A stretch of 64,000 nt of DNA. Origin: Thalia democratica (Eukaryota). The notes beneath the pieces were generated by a model, which searched no databases, was not told the DNA's origin, and worked only from the letters and a program-made list of their open reading frames with translations. The translations under genes were made by a program, and so were the position numbers. Positions 57,301 to 64,000 of this stretch are shown piece after piece; within the stretch, counting starts at the first letter, position 1; each line of letters starts with the position of its first letter. The stretch lies in the NCBI GenBank assembly GCA_965202585.1, contig OZ241830.1, positions 55,738,001 through 55,802,000 of the forward strand, given 5' to 3'.

Positions 57301-60300
57301 ACAAAAAAAAAACTATGTGCAGTTTACTAAATTACCTGTTTAGGACCAGAGGAACCGATGGTTTTGAGCCCAATGTCTTGTTCTAAGGGATTTGGAATAC
57401 TTGTTGGGCAGTAATAGCCAACTGAGCATTCTCCACTAGTACTTGCGCCTCCTCCAACACAATAAAAGCTGTGAAATTTTTGTTCAAAACTTTTTTTAGC
57501 TACCTATCTATGGTGATTGCAACAATCTGTGTGTACTTTGCTACTTTTTTCACCGTCTTATGACTCATTCTTTTTTTTAATTAGCTTGTAGTAAACTAAG
57601 CTTAAATGTTTATAAATGGCACATATAAATTCTCTACAAACTTCGTAAAACTTCTTCCTAAATATTTTATTAGCAAACAAGAAGTTTTATCGATTTTCGT
57701 AAATCACAAAAAAAAAATTGTTGAATAATTGTTCAGCTCTGTTTTTTTATATTTATCAAGTCTTTAAGCTTGAGATTTGTGTTTGAAGAAATGGTTACAT
57801 ATTTAGCGGTCAGATAACTTTTAAATACATAACCGCGAAAACTAACGATTTAATATTAATTAAACAAATAATGATCCTAAGGTTTGAAAAACGTTCTTAA
57901 GAAATAAAATCATTTAAGCATTATTTTTGATAAAAAACTGAAACTGTTTTCTGTCTCAAAAACTTTAGCTTTTTACAAGAAATTTTCACAAGTGTGTATT
58001 TTATAGAAACACTTTAAAAAAGTATTTTTTAAAAACTTACCAAGCTTTGGTTTTAATAGATTGCGTAAAATGTAAAACGTTTTCCTTTTTTATTAAGTAT
58101 ATTAGTTTTATATCCAAAATAATTAATTTTGATCATAATAGTTAACCACTAAAAATATAATATTGTAGTTTGTTTTAAATCAAACAACTCAAAGTTCTCG
58201 ACTTAAATAGCTTTAAGGAGATTTTTACCTACTATTTGTTTTTACAGTTTGTTATCAACAATACAATGTTTCGCTCCTATATTGGCATATAGGAGATCAT
58301 CAGTTGTTCTAAACAAATCTAAATTTTTTTTTTTACATAGCTTCTATTTATTTTGTTCCAAAGCTTTTTTCAGGTTTGTTTATAATAATTGATGATCTGC
58401 TATCTGCCGATATAGGAGTGGAACATTGTTTTGTTGAAAATAAACTGTAAAAATAAATAGTAGACTAAAAATATAGTTGAACTATTAGTAAAAGAGCTAA
58501 ATCTACCCAGCATCACAAGGTTTGCAGTCATCAATTGCTTCTGCTTTTAGTTCATCGTTGTATGTGCCGGGTGGACATAAAAGTTCTTCGGCAGTTGCTT
58601 CTGGGCAATACCTTCCCTCGCTGCAATCCCGCTTATCACTCTCGTACACAGTACCTTCTGGACAATAGTAACCTTGAGGACACGTTTTGTTTTGAATCAT
58701 ATCATCGAAAGAGGTACCGACTTCATCACAGTAATAGCTAAAATATGTAACTTTTTTTAAATCAAGCTATTTAAAACATTGCAACAGATGCTAACTTTCA
58801 ATTTTTAAATTCTATGAAAATGTCTTTATAAAACTTTAAATAAGCACCACTTTAGTATGATATTATTCCTCATAAACACTATAATTGTTAGATTTGGATA
58901 AACAATAAATAGTAAGAATAAAATAAAAACGATGTCGAAAATTAGTTTCAAAACACAAACCCGGGCATACTTAGCTGACAAGAGAAACTTTCAGGACTAG
59001 AGTATTGCCCAAGAGGACAACCCACGGGTACCACAGTTCCAGACGTACAGGTAGAACCTCCTGGACACGGGAGACAACTGCTTTCTCTTCCGGCAGGATC
59101 ACCTTCAACCACATCGGTGATTTCATCGGCGCCGAACGGCATGTAAGTACCATCAGGGCACGGAACTGGCTGAACAGTTGCAGGCTCACAAAAGGAACCT
59201 GATTTTTTATTAAAAAGCTGAATGGGTTTTATAATTTAAGCATGTAGATTACAGAAACATAAGTATTTACAGCTTACCAAAATAAAAAGCCTGTGTAAGT
59301 TAAATTTAGATTTTACTGTTTAGTTACTATTTTCGAACTATAAAAAGTTAAACATCTAAACCTTTAATACACGGCTTGCAATCAGTAATTTCTTTTTTTT
59401 CTAAATCAGGGTTATAGGTTTTTTCTGGACAAGGATACTGTTCTTTGGAGTTTGTTCCTTCCAAGCAATAATAGCCTGCGGGGCATTGGTTGTCTGGGGC
59501 ATCTTTTCCCCCCGTACAATAAAATCCAGGTGTGCATTTGATACAGTCATTAGCCTCCACATTCATTGTTTTGTCAGAGAAAGTCCCGGGCGGGCATGGA
59601 TTGTTGTATTTTGATGGAGTGCCTTCAGGACAGTAAAAGCCTTTCGGACACGGTTCTGGGGGAGTAGAAGAAGAAAATCCACCTTAAAAATTAGTATTTG
59701 TATCTCAAGTCTTGTAAATTAATAAAAGTTAGTAATGTTTAGCCTTAATTTTAAAAGAAATCTACTAATTTAATAACAAAAACCAAAATTAAATATAAAA
59801 AGGCTTTACTGTTTGAGATTTACTCAAAAGTTAGTACAGCTCAGAACGTAAAAGCAAAAACATTCAACAAACTTTTCAGTTTAAAAATATAAATATTTTA
59901 AGTGAAACTTTACCTGTACCAAAAGAACAGAAGTAGCTTTCTGGACAAGTATCACATTGAGAAGAATTGTGTAAATCAGTACGATTACTGTAAGTACCTG
60001 GTGGGCAAGCAAACTGATCAGGTGTAATTGTACCTTTTGGACAATAATATCCCTAAAAAATTAGTGATTCAAGAAGTTTGAAATAAGTCATATATAATCA
60101 ATGTATGATATTTTTTAGTAACATGTTTATTGCTTTTTTTGTTTTATCTTTTTTTACTTCCAAACAAAGTTTCATAATTAACAATGAAAAAAATAATTTT
60201 AAAGTCCATAATTTTGTGCTGTTTTTGTAGTAAAAGGTATAGTAAAAAACAAAATAATTACTTGGGAGCAGTCGCCAGCTGGAGAAGACAGGCCGGTTGA

Positions 60301-63300
60301 ATCACAAAACTTTCCTTCGTCGCATTTGAAACAGTTTAGCTTGTCTGATTTTCTCACGTCGGGGTTGTAGCTTCCTTTGGGACACTCAATTTCATTGGTT
60401 GTTGGGTCCGTTCCGCTGCCGAGAGGACAGTAATTACCGGCTGTGCATTCGGAACATTCATCCGAGCCTTAAGTTTAAAAAATAGTTTTTTTTTCATATA
60501 AGAAATGTTTCAGTTACTAGAAAAAAGTTATAAAAGTATACTGTATGTAAATACATGATTTTAGTTTCTTTATTAAAAAGTGTAAAAACAAAACGGAAGT
60601 ATTTATATGATTTAGTGCAAAACATTTAAAAAAAATTAATTAAATTTACAGAGCCTTTTGTAAAAAAATGATATAAAAATCTTGATATCTTAAGTATTAC
60701 TGTGCTTAACTCTGACATTATCAACTAAACGTTTTTTATTGAGAACCAAAAATTTAATTTGGTAATGTAGTAAATCTCAATTAGTTACTAACACAACAAG
60801 TAACATAAACTTCGTATAAAGCAGACATAATTTCGCTTAAATTTGTATAGTTTTGTTTGTGACAATTTTTCACTAAAAACAGTTGCTTTACTAGAAAATA
60901 AAAAATAAATAAAGTATAAAGTGTAAAAGTATATTAAAAACAGTTAAATAACTGTTTAATCCAACGGACGAGCCGAAAGTTCCTGCAGGACATGGGTTTT
61001 CGAACTTTGAAGTTTGTCCTTCCAAGCAAAAAAATCCTTGGGGGCAGTCAGCAGGACCGTTACCAGGTTCGCAATACTTACCAGCCGGGCAAGGGTTTGA
61101 CGTGCAGTCAAGTAGCTGTTCTCTGTTTTCGTCCGGATTGAAAGTACCACCTGTTTTTAGGTAAATGAAGTTTTATGAAGGTAAAGTTAAACAATTGTAA
61201 GATAATTTGTTTTTTTAATTTTCTTATGCAAAGTTTGCACACGTGATAAGCTATTTTGAAGTGGGGGTAGAAAATTTTTTTTTTACTAAGTTAAATTCGA
61301 TTCTTTTTTATTAAATACTGTTCAACAATTCAAAACAAAATTTAAAAAAGTTGTTTTGGTTCAGTAAATACCGTTACACGCAGTCGATGATGAGTACTAA
61401 TTGTGTTAAAACTCCTTATAGTTTAACAATTTCTACAAGTTCTTACAAACTTTTAAATTACAAAAAAATAATTTAAATCAATACGGTCGACAAAAAGTGT
61501 TTAAAATGACTTTTCTCAATAGTGGTTACCAACTGGGCACTTAATACTTAGAGAGTATTTTAGTTACTGTATGTAGTTGAATATTATATTTTTATAATAA
61601 TATCGCAAAAGAAAAAACTTCAAAGCTTCAATTTTTTTCTTATTTTAAACATCGTACCTGGGCAAGGTAATGCTTTACAACCAGATGTTCCTTCAGGACA
61701 GTAATGGTTAACAGGACAATTATCCGGTGTTTCAGTTGAAACTGTTGGACAACATTTACCAGGAGTACAAGCCCTGCACGAAGTAAGATCAGTACCTCCC
61801 TCTATGGGATTGTAAGTACCTTTGGGACAGTCTGTTTCAGTTTTTCCATCACAATACTTTCCAACTGGACAAATATCAGATGCAGGCTTCGAACTTGTTG
61901 ATTTCTCCTTTAAAATGTTTTATTTGTCAAAATAAAACTAAATATATGGAGTATTACTATAGCAGTTAAAAAACTTATAATCTGCTGATAAAAATAATCA
62001 TTAAAACTTTTTGATCAAATGTATTTAACAACTTTAAATTATGAATAGATGGGAAACTCTTAAAATAAAATATACGAATTATTTTCATATAAATAGTAAT
62101 TTTTTTTATAGATTATTAACAACTCGGTACATTTTTTTCACTTTTTTGTGTAACAAAGCAGCTAAAAATAACTTTGTGCCCTACTTCATAATGCTACTCA
62201 TACTTAATAGCATTACCTTTAATTATTTAATCAAAACTAATGTAATTGATGTTTTTATGAATTTTTTAAATAGTTTCTAAAACCTTTATTTTTTATTACA
62301 TTTTTTGACACTCTAAGGTCTTTTGAAATGATTAATTAATAAAACTAACAAACTTTTACAAAAACAGACCTGACACTTGTATCCAGGATCACACTTCAGA
62401 CATTCCACGGATGCCTCGCCTGACCACGTTCCTGCAGGGCACCCAACTTCTTTCGTGGCATCGCTGCATTCGTAACCTGCTCTACACTTGTCGCACTTTT
62501 CGCTGTTCTGTTTAATTGTGAAGTTTTATTTGCTTGTATGCCTTAAGTAGCATACGCATTTGGCAAGTCTAAAATATTACTTAAACTTTGAATTTATAAT
62601 GAAGTGTTTACTGTAAGAGTAAGTAGTAGTAAACATAATCAACAAGAACAAAAATTATGTACCAAACAAAAAAAAATAGTAATGTAAAATACCATTTAAC
62701 TCTTTTGAACGAGTTAAAGATTTTTTTTAACATCGCTATAGAAAATAATGTTTGTCAAAAGAATATAGTTTGTAAAATAGCTATTGTATGCAGACAAGTA
62801 TCAGGAGAAAAGGTTGTCTCTTATTAACTCAAGTTTAAATCTTATTAAACGTGCTATTTTAACTACAGATGAATGTCGTTGTCAATAAATGTTAAGTTTG
62901 TATATACAGATTTAAAACTTAAAAGTAGGCAATTTTTCAGTTTTTTATCTTTATAACAAGTAGATTAAAGAAGTAGTAACTGAATGTTTTTATTTGCTTA
63001 GACCTAGTGCCTCATTATAAAAAGGGTTTTGATTAAAAAATTAAAATAGCAAATAACAGTTTTTTTGAAATCCATGTTTCGTTTCTAAGCTTTATACAGT
63101 ACAGAAGTATAAAATTTACTTTAGAATTAATACATACTAATTGAGAGTTTTGCTTTGAAAGTTCACTTTACTGTCCCTTTCTTAAATTATATACTATAAA
63201 CATAAACTAATAACATAGTTAATCTCACATTCCTAGATTTAGTCAAAATTAATTGCAAGTTTAAAAGTAATACTAAAAACACGCCAGTTTAACCAAGTTC

Positions 63301-63633
63301 TAAGCTATGTAGTTTATTATTTTTCATACTGATGTAGACATGTTACTTTAAAATAAATTTAAAGGATCGCATCGTTAAAACTTTATATCATTGTAACAGC
63401 TTATGTTTATATAATATAATCAAAACCGAAAATATATACTCTTTTTGATAACAATATCATTAGAGTTAATTTATGCCAGAAAAAAAACCGTGTAAAAACT
63501 CACAACTGTAGAAATGTACCCATTTTCACACTTGTATGGTTTATGGTCAGTGCTTGGGCAATAATATCCTGCTGGACATTCTGAACAAGAAACTGAACCA
63601 CCAAGTGAATAAGTTCCAGGTATACAAGGATTT
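222..63633 (-). CDS. Giant multi-exon gene (about 100 exons, 5' end beyond window): Cys-rich repeat (GCC2_GCC3/ephrin-receptor-like) single-pass membrane protein with coiled-coil cytoplasmic tail
   Basis: Minus-strand ORF fragments all show CxxGxYC/CPxGTYxxxxG repeats. I traced about 66 consecutive introns by hand from 63.6 kb to 26 kb, plus many in the 3' half; all keep frame with GT(GC)-AG ends. The architecture recalls the uncharacterised family of zebrafish si:ch211-286b4.4 / mouse Gm9195-like proteins (from memory, not searched). Confidence 0.9.
362..770. mobile_element. Fold-back insertion A (Penelope-like pLTR remnant) with paired hammerhead motifs
   Basis: Inverted arms 370-516 and 545-691 (147 bp, 6 mismatches, 28-nt spacer). 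Unique extension 692-756. Direct repeat ATATATATATAATT at 362-375 and 757-770. Confidence 0.75.
604..660 (+). ncRNA. Minimal hammerhead ribozyme motif, GUA triplet, U.U at base of stem II
   Basis: CUGG-CUGAUGA(608-614)-U[10-bp stem II]U-GAAAC(645-649)-AUAU-GUA(654-656)-CCAG. Stem III palindrome ACAUAUGU. The mirror copy on the minus strand (about 401-457) has AUA in place of GUA. Confidence 0.75.
771..917 (-). mobile_element. Solo (non-inverted) HHR-bearing insertion B between (TA)n tracts
   Basis: Contains HHR 860-902 and a 22-nt motif (805-826) homologous to 695-716 of element A. Flanked by (TA)n at about 757-767 and about 918-937. Confidence 0.55.
860..902 (-). ncRNA. Minimal hammerhead ribozyme, fully canonical core, GUC triplet
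   Basis: Minus strand reads UUGAAG-CUGAUGA-GUGA auag UCAC-GAAAC-UCGA-GUC-CUUUGA. Stems I and II pair, and stem III is the palindrome ACUCGAGU. Confidence 0.9.
1333..1436 (-). CDS. Probable penultimate exon of the giant gene
   Basis: ttttag acceptor, gttttt donor. Encodes KKTLNVKEEVFERQIAKYRQNIDDLNVLLVKQHK. Its phase-2 start matches the gttagc donor at 5034. Confidence 0.7.
2418..3744. mobile_element. Large fold-back insertion C (1.2-kb palindrome)
   Basis: Arms 2505-3078 and 3162-3732 (about 570 bp, roughly 90% identical by eye), 83-nt spacer. Unique extension 2435-2504. Exact 17-bp direct repeat TTTATAAGCTAAATATA at 2418-2434 and 3728-3744. Confidence 0.85.
4114..4476. mobile_element. Degenerate MITE-like element with two internal diverged direct repeats
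   Basis: Imperfect ends CCGGGTTTCC / CCCAGTTTGGAAAACCCT. Similar ~100-bp units at about 4189-4290 and 4351-4453. No TSD found. Confidence 0.4.
5035..6653 (-). CDS. C-terminal domain exons 6522-6653, 6076-6309, 5242-5388, 5035-5177
   Basis: In-frame joins give ...VFKFGCFICKMICVLFE|MDEIQLKVADDLSPNNYHNNAFRRSF...HCLAHVSVGSFENDSEPLFLRAFYK|ALKWSCEDLFFS...MNFSSS|VIESRMNNYQEF... Confidence 0.8.
6720..21630 (-). CDS. Coiled-coil-rich (E/K/Q/L) cytoplasmic exons
   Basis: About 25 short exons with heptad-like charged sequence, e.g. 16840-17037 VVGSLVEENEEELQKELTFLQEQQDRLIKELKEAW. Several, not all, junctions checked. Confidence 0.75.
14517..15547. mobile_element. Non-autonomous hAT-type DNA transposon (1,031 bp)
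   Basis: 16-bp TIRs CAGTGGCGTAGCGTGG (14517-14532) and CCACGCTACGCCCCTG (15532-15547, 1 mismatch). Exact 8-bp TSD GTCTCTAT at 14509-14516 and 15548-15555. No transposase ORF. Confidence 0.9.
21810..24660 (-). CDS. Cytoplasmic exons with internal repeats (..P(I/V)(C/V)..I....G...PL(G/V)GS.......CAIEIG..)
   Basis: Two similar units: VPICAVTIHPSNGKIYPLGGSYISPVTLMPCAIEIG (exons near 24.0 and 23.3 kb) and APVVGICHKVSGVPGSGVRPLVGSMESSNGEGLCAIEIG (near 21.9 kb). Confidence 0.7.
27012..27289 (-). CDS. Transmembrane exon (helix about 27102-27176)
   Basis: WLLVGILIASAIILVLLLILALYLF followed by RK (positive-inside). Acceptor ttcag, donor gtttgt. Confidence 0.9.
28192..28349 (-). CDS. Juxtamembrane exon with RKRR/S furin-type cleavage motif (28323-28334)
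   Basis: Translates NSTTARKRRSLYGYPYNDYSFNRRLLADSRNTVNSGILNPVICLEYRALVLFT. In frame with neighbouring exons. R-X-K/R-R is the established proprotein convertase consensus. Confidence 0.75.
29241..29537 (-). other. GC-AG intron
   Basis: CAAG|GCTAGT donor is the only phase-1 option joining ...SSDLFQ to G-VDKVLGLCKC. Read-through hits TAG immediately. Confidence 0.75.
29805..63633 (-). CDS. Ectodomain exons: tandem Cys-rich repeats, about 4,500 aa
   Basis: About 59 exons, e.g. 63504-63633 (NPCIPGTYSLGGSVSCSECPAGYYC), 53032-53887 and 33490-34783. Many NxS/T sequons. Splice phases consistent throughout. Confidence 0.9.
33490..34783 (-). CDS. Largest exon (1,294 bp) of the giant gene
   Basis: Acceptor ttacag at 34784-34789, donor gttact after 33490. 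Matches the 466-aa ORF 33459..34859 minus its intronic ends. Confidence 0.9.
45264..45315 (-). ncRNA. Mutated mirror hammerhead (G12A, broken stem II pair)
   Basis: Minus strand reads CUGAUGA-GUCCUAAUUAUGAC-AAAAC-CG-GUC. Confidence 0.8.
45414..45466 (+). ncRNA. Minimal hammerhead ribozyme, canonical core, GUC triplet
   Basis: GACUAUGCCUGU-CUGAUGA(45426-32)-GUCCU aauu AGGAC-GAAAC(45447-51)-CG-GUC(45454-56)-GUAGGUUGUC. Stem III palindrome ACCGGU. Confidence 0.92.
51169..51278. mobile_element. Truncated end of a DNA-transposon-like repeat
   Basis: Ends in GTGGAAACCCTG (51267-51278; reverse complement CAGGGTTTCCAC) with repeated TCCTGACTTT subterminal motifs. No partner end found. Confidence 0.4.
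53032..53887 (-). CDS. 856-bp Cys-repeat exon
   Basis: Acceptor tttcag, donor gtagtt. Matches ORF 53006..53836. Confidence 0.9.
58148..58475. mobile_element. Fold-back insertion E with paired hammerhead motifs
   Basis: Diverged arms about 58229-58323 and 58368-58463. Unique extension 58160-58228. 12-bp direct repeat ACTAAAAATATA at 58148-58159 and 58464-58475. Confidence 0.75.
58257..58308 (-). ncRNA. Minimal hammerhead motif, GUA triplet, U.C at base of stem II
   Basis: Minus strand reads AACAA-CUGAUGA-U[CUCCUAUAU gcca AUAUAGGAG]C-GAAAC-AUU-GUA-UUGUU. The plus-strand mirror (about 58385-58436) is decayed (UUGAUGA, GGAAC, GUU). Confidence 0.8.
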
Positions 63634-64000
63634 CTGAAATTATATTTCAAGATTTTAATTTCAGATATCACTTTTCAGTACGCTAAACCTCTAAACACTT
63701 CCTTTCAAACTAATTTAAAATAGTTTGTATTTTAATAACTGTTCGTTTATTAGTAAATTTTTAGTACATGATGCACTACTTAAGTTAATTTAATGACTAT
63801 ATTGAATATTAAAGCTAAAATCTTCAAGGTCATTTACAATTTAAGTAAGCATACGTACTTAAAAACTTTTTTCGTAAAATTAAATTATATAATGCTATTT
63901 ACGAACGATGTTTAAAAACATATCTATTTTTAATTCTGCGTTTAGAAATATATACTATTAATATATATATACTTAAAACAAAAAAGTAAGTTGACCTAAA

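Noticed and set aside
370-58463. General rule that host-sense hammerheads are always inactivated
   Set aside because: It holds for elements A and D, but the motif at 860-902 and the better copy of element E are host-sense and intact or near-intact.
61386-61420. ATGATGAGTACTAATTGTGTTAAAAC, loosely like the 45.4-kb HHR
   Set aside because: Too degenerate: no GAAA, no cleavage triplet and no flanking homology.
9192-62280. Plus-strand ORFs in the supplied track, and alternative-frame minus ORFs over exons
   Set aside because: They are antisense or frame shadows of GC-rich or purine-rich exons, or low-complexity intron ORFs. None has splice support or a coherent protein.
1-64000. CRISPR arrays, tRNA, rRNA, transposase or RT ORFs
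   Set aside because: No repeat-spacer arrays, cloverleafs, rRNA signatures or RT/transposase motifs were recognised.

Overview
AT-rich eukaryotic (probably invertebrate metazoan) genomic DNA. Almost the whole window is one giant, apparently intact, intron-rich gene on the minus strand: about 100 exons from a stop codon at 222 to beyond the right edge, roughly 7,000 aa within the window by hand-summed exon lengths. It encodes a type I membrane protein with about 4,500 aa of Cys-rich CxxGxYC/CPxGTY repeats (GCC2_GCC3/ephrin-receptor-like class), an RKRR furin-type site, one transmembrane helix and a long coiled-coil cytoplasmic tail. The most interesting signal is in the introns: five small insertions carry minimal hammerhead-ribozyme (HHR) motifs of the kind associated with Penelope-like retroelements, one of them decayed. 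Four are fold-back palindromes with largely unrelated sequences but the same architecture: a 12-17 bp flanking direct repeat, a one-sided 65-75 nt extension, and outward-facing HHRs whose cleavage site lies 33-39 nt from the arm end. Two carry a non-canonical U.pyrimidine mismatch at the base of stem II. Also present: a hAT-type non-autonomous element with an 8-bp TSD, unusually degenerate splice signals, and patchy exon GC content. All coordinates and alignments were made by hand.
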